The position numbers and the translations under genes were made by a program. Positions 38,400-49,960 of a stretch of DNA of 64,000 nucleotides are shown piece by piece. Every line of letters starts with the position of its first letter. Position 1 is the first letter of the stretch. This DNA is from Raillietiella orientalis. Lineage: Eukaryota. The stretch is from NCBI GenBank assembly GCA_036172245.1, contig JAYWIR010000007.1:3224001-3288000 (forward strand), written 5' to 3'. The notes under the pieces were generated by a model that was not told the origin of the DNA, did not search any database, and saw nothing but the letters and a program-made list of their open reading frames with translations.

Positions 38400-39250
38400 T
38401 ACCCGGTTATGCGTGGACATTTATTACATAATGTAATAAAAGTACATTTGTCTGGTAGAACCCTTGATTCTACCACGTGCAATGAACCTGCCGAAGAGCG
38501 GTACACAGACCCGTCGAGGTCCGCTTCGGCCGCATGGGGGAAGGGAAAACGAAGACAAAAAAAATAAATAAACGAGGGGTGGGGAAATTATATTCTGGGA
38601 GGGAAGGGAGCGAGGAAGGGATCACGCCACGCTGCCAGGAGTCCTCTGCATCCTGTTCAGGATACCGGCAAGTTCCGTCCGTATAATGCCCAAGTGGGGT
38701 CCGAGACGGTCCTCAGGAAGATCCGCTCCCAGTGGAAGGCGCACCTGCCATTTCGACTTCTACTTCTGACTTCTTCTTCCGAACCGCCACGATTGCCGAA
38801 TATAGCACAGAACTGCGAGGGACGCTGCTGGCGGCAGAACGGCATGCACGAAGAGGTATTTGAAAATGTCCCTGGAGCTGCCCGCCGGGATTTTTAGGAT
38901 CGTCGCTAGGCGATTCCAAAGGGGTTGCAGGGCAGCGCAGTCCAACAGCAAGTGCGGGAGGGACTCCTTCTACACGCACCTGTCAGCGTCCACTCTCCCC
39001 CGTATTTAGTGGCGAAGGCACGCTTTGCATGGGATTCCCTCATGAAACACCAAGAACGCCAACTCCCGCCACTTGAGGAGATGAGAGGCGCGCTGTTCCA
39101 GCATGCTGGGGGCCCTCTGACCTCATCCGGAGGGATGTCAAACAGCTCTCCCCAACGTACAAGTCCGTGGGATGGGACACTCGAGGTCACAGCGTCCGTC
39201 ACTTCCCGAGTTGTCCATGCCTCTTTGCTGCTATGCAGCATGCCACATCA
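38400..39250 (-). mobile_element. Degenerate L1/Tx1 3' fragment
   Basis: 'GLVRWGELFDIPP', 'HLLLDCAALQPLWNRLATILKIP', a T-rich UTR and an AATAAA...ACCGGG terminus at 38425-38402. Confidence 0.75.
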
Positions 39251-39310
39251 AGAACTGATGGTGGAAACCCTTTTGTATTCTTCTTCGTTTTCTCTGCTTT
39301 CCTTCCACCC

Positions 39311-40077
39311 TTTTTTTTTTTTTTTGCTTCGCTTAATACTCAAGAACCGTTTGCCTGGGGCAGTGTTCAAGAACTACTTTAACACTGTCCACGCAATCCG
39401 AGGGTGATTGTAACCATTTAAGTTAGGGGGTAACTCCAAAGGGACCACCCTATGAACCCAGGAAGGCTCCGGAAGGAGTCCGTTCCTCCTACGTTTGGGA
39501 GGGAACCTCGAAGGGAAACCCTGCACCCTGGTTGTCCCTGGAGGGAATCCCGAAGGAAACTCTTCCTTATTCTCTGCGGAGGGATCTCCCGTAGGTGACC
39601 AATCCATTATCTCTTCTTCGAAGAGAACCTGCAAGAGAACCGCTCCTTGTTTCCTCCTCCTCTGAAGAGCACCCCAAAGGAGCGCTTTGAAAGTTTCTCT
39701 CAGGGTCGCTCCCGAAGGGAGCAGCAGCACACTTCTTGACACTCTGGAGGGAAATCCATCCACCAGCTCCATACTACTCGATGGAATTCTCCTCCCGAGG
39801 GAGCGGGGGACGCTTCATTTTCACAACGGGAGGGAAATCTTGAAAAGAACTGACTCCTTGATTCCTGGAAGGACCCGGAGGTTAAACTTCTAATCCCGGC
39901 CTGTCAACAGCGCATCCGGTTACCGGTTGCCACCAGTACCTCACGTAAAGCCTAGAGGTCAGCCAGCATCATCTTGCAATGGGAATTCGAAACCTACGAC
40001 GCACCCATTTCTCGGCACTTGGGGCTTCGAGTCCGCGCGGAGACTGCAGCCACACGGCCGCCGACGCAGGCCATGAA
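39311..40077 (-). mobile_element. tRNA-headed SINE, full-length copy B with poly(A) tail
   Basis: Head GCGTCGGCGGCCGTGTGG, a body homologous to copies A/C/D, and tail CGGTTCTTGAGTATTAAGCGAAGC-A(~15). There is a possible degenerate TSD: GCTTTCCTTCCAC (~39296) and GCTCTCTTCCAC (~40078). Confidence 0.75.
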
Positions 40078-40799
40078 GCTCTCTTCCACGACATTTCCTT
40101 CGTCCCCTAATGAAAAAGTACAGAATTCGGTAATCGAGGGACCCATACAAAACAACTTGGTACATCGTTCATTATTGGATTATAAGAAACGAAGAGTAGG
40201 GCTAGCTCTCCGCCCCCTGAGAACCAGGCGTCCTCTCAGGCATTTATCTCATCTTCTCCATAAGAATCGATTCGTCAAACTTTTTGACTTTACCCAGCAG
40301 GACCTTCATGGGTCTTTCAGCTGTTGGTATGGAGACCGGCACATCCTACTTCCGTGCTTCTCAAGAACCCGTGACTCAACTTGACAACACTCCTTCCTTC
40401 CCAGAGCCACTCCTTTGGCGATTGCCCTACCAATTCGGATGAGGTAGAAGGGTCTCTGTCGCGCATCCCCAACAGCAGCATGATCTGCTCCCACCACATC
40501 ACCTGCCGACGCGACGACTCTGCAGCCCGGCCGAAGCCAAAGCCAAAGACTCCTGTCCCCAACGTCTCCTCATATCTTTATTCATATTTTTTATATATTT
40601 ATTGGTGGTCCTCTCCCTCGCATTCCGGACTTGCGGTGTACCGACCTGAGTGTCGGGGAGCTCTCCTTTCGATCTTCTGTACCCTTTGTCTGGCAACAAA
40701 GTTCCCAGATAGTTTAGAAAAAAACACTCCGACGCACCCGGGTGAAAAGCAGCCCGGCTGAAGAGTGCTGCCCGAAAGCGGAGGGCCTCCAGCTAGCCA

Positions 40800-42470
40800 A
40801 TCCTAGATTCGACTCGAATTCAGGAAGAGTAGCAACCCGACTCAACGTCGTTGCCCATTTTCAGAACCCGGAGATGGCCCTTGGGAGCTCAGAAGACGGA
40901 AGGAAAGCGAATGTCGATGATGAGGGCATCCGAAAGGATGCTCTCATCTGCATGCGTTCGGTGGAGAGCAAGTCCAGGCCGGCGTGCTCGCACGGAGGAA
41001 GCCTTGCAGTCATACCATGAATCTGACGGAACGCCACAGGGTTTGCCCCATCACAGCAAACATTTGGCGGCGCACCCAGCTATCTCCCGGCAGGGGAAAA
41101 AAAAAAAAAAGAGCCGAGGGTCTGGAATCTGAAATTCGGTAGGAGTGTTTCGAGCGATCAACTGACAAGCGCAGCTGTGGATGTTCTCCGTATCCAGCCG
41201 ATTTTCAAAGCCTTTTCTAGCGATCCGCACCTAGCCTGGAGGGTCACCATTAAGGCAGATCCCCACAGATGAAGCGAGAAGACGCAGGTTTTCCCGTAGC
41301 GCAGAAAGGTCGTCGCGAGAACTCTGGTTTCCCGATGAAAATTCCATAGAGAAGGGTCCCTGATCCTTCGAGATTGGCCTGGTCCTTGATGCAGGCATTG
41401 AAAATTCAGTTCTGCACTCGGGCTGATGTTCTCCTTGGCAAAACAAGTGAAGAGATGCGGATGCATTGCTGCCTCCCGTGCATCTCTGTGTAACCTCCAG
41501 ACTGCATTTGAAGACCCCCTTTTTTCCTTGCGCTGCCCCAACGTGTCCCATAGTGGTGCTTCAGTTCCGGCAAGTAGATGCGGATGACAAGGGAGGACGC
41601 TTGGATCTCCTGCCGCCCCGCGAGCGGTGGTGCCTCGTCGCAGGAAACCGTTCGCACGTGGGTGAAGGTCAACGAGCCGAGATCGGAGCAATCGCTCCTT
41701 TCACAAACAGTTGCTCGCTCAAAAGATCGTCGTGCATCCCACCAAGTGGTGCTTGGGAGGAAAGAACTTTTTTTGCGGCGGAGCTGCCCTCCTTGAGGGA
41801 CCACATCGGCAGCAACCTGTCGACAAAACGGGAGGTCTTCTGTGAGATCACCTGCAGATGCAGAACTCCAGATAGTTGGACCACGGGCCAGCTGACTGAT
41901 GCTGCTGCCCCAAGTGCCCCACTGAAAGGACTTTTGGGCAGGGATGAGCTGCTGGGAATTCCCCGTGAAGCTCTCGAGTGGTCCTGAACAACCGCACGCT
42001 CCCCTCTCCCACGTGGCAGGAGTCGGCGCTTCTGCTGTCTCACTGGGGTCTCCCACGCAATGCCCGTCGACATCATTGGACCCGGAGGGGGAGGGGATTG
42101 GACGCAAACTGTGTGGGGAATGTGAATCCCTCCCGCATTCGCTTGTCGGCTGCGTTACCCTGCGACTGTTGCGGGAACGTTTCTTGGTCCCCATGTGGCA
42201 TCCCCAGGGACGCACTGGGACCCTCTTCGTACGCACGCATTGCCGCCTGCTGCATCCCTAGTAGCTCCTTGCTATAACCATCTCTAGAAGGCGCCAATAC
42301 GAAACCACGTGCTCTGCCGTTTTTTCGGAAGGTTGCTTCCAGCATTGGGATTTCGAACGCCGGTTCGAAAGTGCTCAAATAACCGAGCCGATCTTCTTAG
42401 AGAGAGGAACAAATGTGAGCTTCTATGCCGCGTCGTGTTCCGGCCCGTGCGCTCACTCCGTGTCCTGTTC
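40800..42470 (+). mobile_element. Degenerate L1/Tx1 ORF2 (RT-distal region and zinc knuckle)
   Basis: 'NVDDE' (YADD-like, ~40910), 'RLDLLPP', and 'HWGLPRNARRHHW...CGECESLPHSLVGC'. Confidence 0.7.
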
Positions 42471-42619
42471 TCTGCCTGCACACGCCTCGTCTCGTACCAC
42501 AGATCTAAGAACAGATTTGCTTCAACCTTCGCATCCGCAGTTGGCAGCTTCCGGAAACCGCAAGCCAGAGGAGCTGGAACCTTTTACAATACATCCATGA
42601 TCTCCAACGGGTCGTAAAT

Positions 42620-43640
42620 GCAAATTAACTTGCTCTTCTATGAAGACATAAGTAGAATATCAATATTTGTTCTATTACATATATATTGGTTGTTAATGAG
42701 TCAAATAGAATGAGTGCTATGTGTGGCATAATATAGCTGAGTTTTATTTGGGGGTGATAGGCTGACAAATTAGCATTTCTAATAATTAATAAGGAAGGAA
42801 GGATGAGCTTTTTTTTTCTTGTAATTGTGGAATGTTGGGATAAAGTGTGAGCTTAGAAGTAGTATTATAGGATTCTAGTGCTAAGTTAAGGTTGATTCTC
42901 AGAATATTTCGTGTATGGAATGTAATTAATAATAATCGATATGAAATAATGTTTCGATCAGTAGAGTTGGGAAGGAAAGAAAGTTGTGGAGTATGAACAT
43001 GATAAGCAATTTGGCAAAAATTTGCTTAAAATGTTTCTTAAATACATTTTCTTATGAGGTATAAGGTAGGGTCTGCTCGGTGTATAATGCACGGCTGCGG
43101 TATTTTGACTGTTGCTAAGGTAGCATAAGAATTAGCTATTTAATTGGTAGCGTGGTTGATAGATTTCTATTGGGCAAAGCCGTCTTATTTTGTAATTCTG
43201 AATTTGATGCGAAATCAAATCTTTGGTGAGTTTAGGGGAGGAGAAGACCCTTTAACACTAGTATCTTACGAGAGTGGAGAGAGTGGAAGTGAGGCGAAAT
43301 CGGGAGATGCTGTCTGGAGCGGATGGTGAAGGATGGATCTTCAGAGTTAAGGGGATCGTGCATAAAGTAGTAGTGATCTTGGAATAAAGCAAAAGTCACC
43401 TAAGGGACGGCAGCGTAATTTTCACGGAGGGTTCGAAGAGATGTGGAAGTTTGCCACCTCGATGTTGAATTGGGTAACCATGAGGTGAAGAAGATTTATG
43501 GTAGCAACCTGCTCGACTGAAAGTCCTACGTGATTTGAGTTTGGATCGGTGCAAGCCACATTGGTTTCTATCTTGAAGCAATGATGAATTTTCTCACTAC
43601 GAAACGATTGGAAAACTGGGAAAAAATTTTGGGTTTATGT
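42620..43640 (+). pseudogene. rrnL: NUMT: mitochondrial large-subunit (16S) rRNA, degenerate
   Basis: Conserved 16S landmarks in order: GGCTGCGGTATTTTGACTGT..TAAGGTAGCATAA, GAGAAGACCCT, CTAAGGGA..CAGCGTAAT, TTTGC.ACCTCGATGTTGAATT, GAAAGTCCTACGTGATTTGAGTT, GGTTTCTATC. The strand is G/T-skewed. Confidence 0.92.
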
Positions 43641-43649
43641 AAAATTGTA

Positions 43650-44000
43650 AAATGTGTTAATGGTAATTCAAGGAGGTTCCGAGGTAATAATGGTACTGTT
43701 GAGTGTAGCGCCTGTGACGTTGATCTGTGATTTTAGGAAGAGTGCAATGGCGGGAGGGACCAAATAATGTAAGGATAGGGGAGAATGCAGATTATGGGTG
43801 TTGGGTAAAGGGCATAAGGGGTACGATGAAGTTGATAGAAGTATGGAAGGTTGTTAGTTGGGTCCGGCGATTATGAATAGAGTGACAGTGGGAATGTGAA
43901 TGATTTATCCTACGGATTGGGGGTTCATAGGGATGATAGTGGGGTTGATGTTATTTGTATGTTATGTAAGTGGGAGAGAATGTATGGGTTGTTGATGAGT
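43650..44000 (+). pseudogene. nad1: NUMT: 5' part of mitochondrial NADH dehydrogenase subunit 1, frameshifted
   Basis: With the invertebrate mitochondrial code: 'MVLLSVAPVTLI..ILGSVQWREGPNNVS' (RKGPN motif), 'LGPAIM...WMIYP', and 'YGLLMS'. Confidence 0.85.
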
Positions 44001-44821
44001 AAATCACGTTTCCACTTCTGAATGAACTGATAAACTCTGGCCAAATCATGGCTTGAAGCATTTATCCCGCAAGCAAAAAAATTTTATGTAAAGCCTATTC
44101 GGATATCCCGATGACTACTCTTTTGGAAATGGAGGCAGCCTTGTGGCAAGATTCACGATAATCTATGCCTTCTTTGCCATGGGACTTCGCAGTCTGGAAT
44201 CGAATTTACAAAAATGATCACACAACTTGGGAGGTATCCAGCAAGCAGAAGAGTTGAAACCGAAACGCATCCCTTCACCTTCTCGTCAAACACAATTGAT
44301 CCCCCTGGAAAATCGAGGGATTCTATTCTGAGAGAACTGTTGGAAGGAAGGGAGGCCGCGCGCCGAGGTGTAACCCACTGGTTCTCATGTAGCTAACCTT
44401 CATCACGCAGGTGCCGACAAGAAGGATCACATTAAAGGGAAAGCGGGTGGTTGAGGAAGGACATCTCAGAGGGCCTCATCAAGAGAGGAACAGCCATCAT
44501 GAGATCCCAATAGCAGCGCTGCAATGTCTACTCACTCCCTGGAAGTAAAGCTTTCAGAAATGCGAGCGTTCGAGGCTCGAATGTGGAAACGACCCGAACA
44601 AGATAGGTACAACAGTGCCCCTACGAATCAGGTACACTATATTGTGATTGAAACTGTAAATATTTGTAGTTACAGCAGACCTCCAAGTAATCAAGTAAAA
44701 ACGCGGGGGAAGCGTTCCGCGTTATGTGAATCCATGTTTTACGAGCCCTACACAGATGATACGATCGTTTTCGCGAAAGCCATAAAATGCACCTTGAAAA
44801 ATTATGACGCCAAAATTATTA

Positions 44822-45662
44822 TTAGGTCGGTGCAAAAATAATTGCGGTTTTTACGTATCGAGTATAAAGACGCATGTGTCACATATCACCTTTTTGTTTT
44901 TCCTATTAGGCTCAAACATCGAACGACGGTTGAATGATCAACATTGAGTTCTCCTGCCGCCCCTCGAGTTGTTCTATACGTGGGTCCGCTTCAATGATGG
45001 TCCTTAAATCATTATATTCTATAGCTGAAGGACGTCCATGGCTCTCCTCATGTTCAAGGCTTTCGTTTCCATCGCGAAATTTCTGGAGCCAATGTTGAGC
45101 GCCCACTGTTCACCAACCAACTCTTCGCCGAAAGCTGATCGGATCTTTCGAGCAGTTTCTGTTGCTTCAATCGAAAAACTCACGAAATCGCGCGAATTTG
45201 CTTCCTCTTTTTTTCTTTTTTATCCATGGCCGATTCGATCCTCGTTTCCGGAAACAACAGATGGCCTCCAGGATGTTTCCGAAGAGTCTCCCTCCAGCCC
45301 CTCCCTCCCTCCCTCACCTCGCCAGCTGCCACCGTGAGCGGGTGGAACTTCTCGAAGATGCCGATGAACTCGAAGAGGTTGGGGAAGATGGCGCTGATGA
45401 GGCTGATGACCACGGTGGCCTCGTTCTGCCTCCACCAGTTGTCTTCGAATCCCCTCTCCGTGGATCTCCTAACCACGATGACCACCTATACCCAGCAGTA
45501 CCAAAAAATGAAAGCAGTACACGTAAGCTGAAATCAGGAGTGCCAATTTCATTGTTTACAATGATGTACATCAAATGGCTGCAACGAAAGGTAAAAGTAA
45601 CCAGAAAAATCGGCGCCAGACTCGAAATGATAAAAACCGCAATTATTTTTGCACCAACCTGA
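44822..45662 (-). mobile_element. Internally deleted cecropia-subfamily (Hsmar1-like) mariner with intact TIRs and TA target duplication
   Basis: 31-bp TIRs TTAGGTCGGTGCAAAAATAATTGCGGTTTTT (44822-44852) and its inverse (45632-45662), 2 mismatches, each flanked by TA. Transposase N-terminus 'KQIRAI...QHWLQKFRDGNESLEHEESHGRPS...LRTIIEADP...ELNVDHSTVVR' at ~45227-44890. The DD34D domain is absent. Confidence 0.93.
45318..45485 (-). pseudogene. Tmc: Captured exon fragment of a transmembrane channel-like (TMC) gene inside the mariner
   Basis: 'VVIVVRRSTERGFEDNWWRQNEATVVISLISAIFPNLFEFIGIFEKFHP..(frameshift)..WQLAR' matches the TMC segment WWxxNExTVVxSLI..FP..FE.xG..E..HP...LRxQLAR. It has high GC3 and ends at a splice donor AG|GTGAGG (45318/45317). 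Confidence 0.8.
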
Positions 45663-46162
45663 TAGCATTCCACTTTGAAACAAGGAGAGAAATATAGACT
45701 TTTTATTCATCATTCAACTTGATTATGAAAAGAGCAAAAAAAAATTCTTCTGTTGGTATTGGATTTATTGAAGCAACTCTACTTCCGCCTCTTCTCGCCG
45801 CCATTTTGCTCGCGGAAATGTGGCCCTTCAAATCGTTCAAATCGTGGATTTGTGTTCTTGGAAATGGCTGGACCGACACTTTAGCGCAAAGTCGATCTCG
45901 GCTGCTCAGACCCAAGAATAGCGCCGGTCACCTGACCCTTGTTCCCTGGTTTGCTTCCAGCTGAGAGGGAGCTCCATGGGAAGAGGGAAACAGACCTTCA
46001 CAAAGTCCACGATTTGTCCCTGTCATCCCCCCTTCGATTTCATGCTGGATGATCGTCTACACACTAGAAGGGGCATCGAAAGGGAGCTTTTCCGGTTTCG
46101 TCATAATTTTGGGACTCCTCCTCAGGAAGGATAAAACACCGACTACTCGGACGGACCCAGTT

Positions 46163-47480
46163 CCATGCCCGCACCGGCGGTCATGCGGCTGCGGCGACCT
46201 ACGCGCGTGACACGAAGCGTCGCGGGTTCGAATCCCCACGTGGGGAGGATCCACGCCGAGAAATGGGTGCGTCGTGGGTTCCGAGCCCCTCCGGCAAGAT
46301 GATGCCGGTTGGCCCTACAGGCTTTGGGCGTGGCACAGGTTGACCTCCGGTCACGCCGGTGCGTTTATTTACACAATAAAAATATGTGTCTGTGGCAAAA
46401 TACATTTGATGCTGCCACTTTACTTATGAATACCAAAAGAACCTGCCGGGTTCTGTCACACGGGTCAGCGGGGTCGCCTCGGCAAACAAAAAGAAAAAAA
46501 TAAAACAAAAAACATAGGTCAAAAAAATGGAAAGGGGGAGGGGGTTCAGGAAGGGATCACTGCGTGCTGGAGAATGTTCTCTGCATCCTTGTAAGGATGC
46601 CCGCAAGTTCCTGTTTCAAGACTCCCAGCTAGGGCCATCTTGACGCTGTCCTCATGAAGAGTACAGCAAAATGGATGGCATGCTTGTCGTTCTGGCCTCC
46701 TGTTGCGCTGCTCCATGCAAACATCGTTCCGCCGCGGAGGCAGCAAAGTGCTTCTGGGGATGCCGCCTGCCGGCGTGAGGGCGTCGCGCAGGAAGGGGCG
46801 CTTTGAAACGTCTATGGCTCTGCCTCTGGTGGTTCCAAGGGTCGCAGCATAGCGTCCCCAAAGAGGCAACACAGTCCACTAGGAGGTGCGGGAGGTATTC
46901 CCGTTCTCCGCACCTTCCACAGTTTGGGTCCACACTACCCACAGTCTAGAGGCTAGATGGGAGGTTACCGTGGATATCTAGGAAAAAGAAGAGGACTGGG
47001 CGAGTGGGAGACGGGCCAGCTCATCGATGGCACAGGTAAAAACCCCAAGCCCTCATTGACTGGCCAATACTTGGAATTGACCCTCCGGAGTCCTTCCAGG
47101 AATCGAGGACTCGATCCCCTCCGGTATCCTTCTTTAGTTGTGAAAAGGGAGCCGTCATCCCCTTCGGAAGGAGAACCGTACCATGGAGCTGGTGGATTGA
47201 TACCTCTTCGGAGTGTGAAGAAGCGCACCGCTCCCTTCGGGAGCGACTCTTTAGAGAAAATTCGGAAAAATCCCTTCGGAGTTCCTCTTTAGAGGAGGAA
47301 ACAAGGAAGTGGATCCTTTCCAAGTTCCCTCCGGAGAGAAAATTCCAAGCGGATCCTTCAGGAGAAGGAACGATCGAGCGGCCCACTTCCAGGGGGTCCC
47401 TCCGCAAAGAACAAGGAAGAGGAGGTTTTCTTCGATGTCCCTTTCGAGAACAACCAGAGTGGGAGATTTCCTTCGGGGTT
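46163..47480 (+). mobile_element. tRNA-headed SINE copy C, interrupted by an L1/Tx1 insertion
   Basis: Head with GGGTTCGAATCCC (~46224). The body resumes at 47038 after a duplicated TGGCACAGGT. Confidence 0.75.
46341..47027 (-). mobile_element. 5'-truncated L1/Tx1 insertion with 10-bp target-site duplication
   Basis: TGGCACAGGT at 46331-46340 and 47028-47037. Zinc knuckle 'PNCGRCGEREYLPHLLVDC'. The 3' end reads AATAAACGCACCGGCGTGACCGGAGGTCA. Confidence 0.85.
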
Positions 47481-47499
47481 CTCTTCCAAGCGTGAGAGC

Positions 47500-48050
47500 A
47501 GCTGACACTTGCTACCTGGAACCCAGGAACATCATCGTCAGATTTTGAAGTTGAGGAACGCCTCCCGGATCCCGTTCTTCTCAAACTTTCTCGGAACGAA
47601 TTCCCTCAGGTGCTTCAATTCATCCCATCCATTCGATAAGAGCACATGCTTGCACCTCATTAAGAGCTCTCTGTCCACCTCTGTACACCTGTCGTGGAAG
47701 ATCAGAAATCCACATCCTTCCTCGTACTTTACACTCGCTCTTCCACTGTTCTTACGCTTCTTCACTAAACGATGACCAAGGTCTGTTCTGTGACTCTTCC
47801 TCAAAATGTCGTGTGCCATTAGATATGCATTCTGTCCGCCAACTATTCATGTGAGGCCAAACTATGTACAGTTGAACAGGAAGGCAGTAAAAACTCTGCC
47901 ACCCGGATTCAACCGTTTTCTTGTCCTACGCGCCCTTCAGAAAAGACGAAGGTCCTATCCCATGGATGCTCTACCATACTCTCGATGGCAGCGCTTTGTA
48001 AGAGGATTTTTGCGAACAGAGAATCTGTGGATTCCCTTCTCCTAAAAATC
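47500..48050 (-). pseudogene. Possible further bunyaviral L fragment (motif G region)
   Basis: 'LIFHDRCTEVDRELLMRCKHVLL...HLREFVPRKF' has the layout of the motif-G to 'EKF' block, but RY itself is not preserved. Confidence 0.25.
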
Positions 48051-48699
48051 TTCCAGTATTCTTCTTCGTATTGATTAATTGATTCGTGTATCGGAACCTT
48101 CTGGTTCGCTAATCTCTAATTATAGCTAATATTCTGAAGCGAAGCCGAGTAGCTGCATGTGGGGGATCTACTCTATAATTATCAGCACATTTTAATCTAC
48201 TGAAATTGCTTCTGGAAACTGACTCCAATCATGCATAAATTACAATCATGATAGATTTTATTTGTCTCCTACTCAGTGTACTGTGATGAACTTCATCCCC
48301 ATCATTGGTATTTATAAATAATTCATGTGCAATTCAATTGATCTTCGAGAGAAAGTCAACTGAAAGGAACATATCAAATACAAAACTTTTCCTTCGAGAT
48401 AAGGACAATCCACTTTTCTTTTAATTCCAGCAGCACGCTGCAATTAAGCAGTTGTGTCATACTTGGAAAGCAGATCTCATATTTCCTTTTCTGGGAAAGA
48501 AAGTCCAGCTTTTTTTTCCCCCTGAACCTCAGGGAAGCTTTGCATTCGAATCACTTGCTTCTTTTTAATAGATGTATCCAGAATTCCCGTGAGTAGCGAG
48601 CTCTAACAAAAAAACGAAAAAAAGGGAATAAAGACTGCTTGCTAAATAAAAACAGAATAAATGATAGCGTGACGCACAGATCCTTTTTCTTTTTCCACG

Positions 48700-49960
48700 T
48701 AACCCTTCTATAAGTGCTTGTTCATGCATCAAAGTTGGCACGATTGTCAGGAGTAGCTTTCCCTGGCTCAGATGAGCGCAACTTGTAAATGATATCCAGA
48801 TTTTTCATCCTTTTCCTCTGTCCCGTGGAGTTTCTAAACGGCTTTTTCATGATCGGTAACCACTGCTGCTCCTCAACCTTCGAAGAGTTTGCTTTCGCTC
48901 CTGCTCCATGATGTTCCTGTATCTATTCTCCGAGTTTCCAGAGATAACTGAGAGGGTAAGGAGAGAGTTCTCAGAACAGTCAGAGGGTTGAAAAATTCTT
49001 TATCTTCCTCCTCGCTAGCCAGGTTTTGATTCAATGGAGCACCAGTGGTTTGCCATCAAGAATAGAGTTAGGAAGAATATGGGTATCTTTAGGTCTTTTC
49101 GTCGGGCCGTTGATTCTGCCCCTTAATTATTCTGACTATTATTGAGAAGGGCTATCTAGCTTTTCGTTTAATTCAGCAGAGTTCTGTTCTCTGCTTTTGA
49201 GCTTTCATTCTCTTTTTCCAACTTTCTACTTTTGGCTCTAACTATTTTTCGCTGTAAATGTTTGCAGGGTCCTCGAAGATCAGCCACACTACTTCACGTT
49301 TTCTCTGATGAACTCGTCACTTTTCGCCTACCTATTTTTCGCTCCGCTGGCATGTTTTGATCCTACTTTCATACTATCAACATGTATGCTGGATCCTACC
49401 TTCGAGATTGCTGTACTTCCACTGTTCTAAACTGTTCTCCGAATTCTACAAGAGTACATCGAAACTGTTTCCATCTCTTCCTCTACCCGTTGAAAATGAA
49501 TGTTGTGCAGAGGCAGGTTTCCGCAGAATGCCCGCATGCTGACATGACTCTTTGGTAGGAGTCATGCTTCACTCACGAGCTATTTCTATGGAACAGGAGT
49601 GAACAGAGGTCAGTCGCTCCACATCTGATTAGTTGGTAGGGATCCCCATAACTATTATAAGCTATTATCGGCTATCGAAAGCTAGTGAGGCTATTCTTTC
49701 TGCAACAACTTTTGTTAGCATGCAGAACTATTCACTTAACGACGCTCATTTTGAGCTCTCTTGGCACCAGTACTTGCTTTGCCAAAGCTCTTCAGCTTCG
49801 TGCCCATCATTGCCTTCCCATTCTTCCTAGAATCCAAATGCTGTTTCGCCTGCATTCGAACGACATCTTCGATTATTCGAATCATCTCCGATTATTTCAA
49901 TCTTCGACCGTTCTCTTGTTCGTTTCTTGTCTTTGCTCCCGACGCGAAAATGCGGTCTCT
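48700..49960 (-). mobile_element. Degenerate LINE ORF1 (coiled-coil plus RRM type) remnant
   Basis: 'ERIASLAFDSR**LIIVMGIP' resembles the RIxxLExxSRxxNLIIxGIP motif of LINE ORF1 proteins. Many stop codons. Confidence 0.4.
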
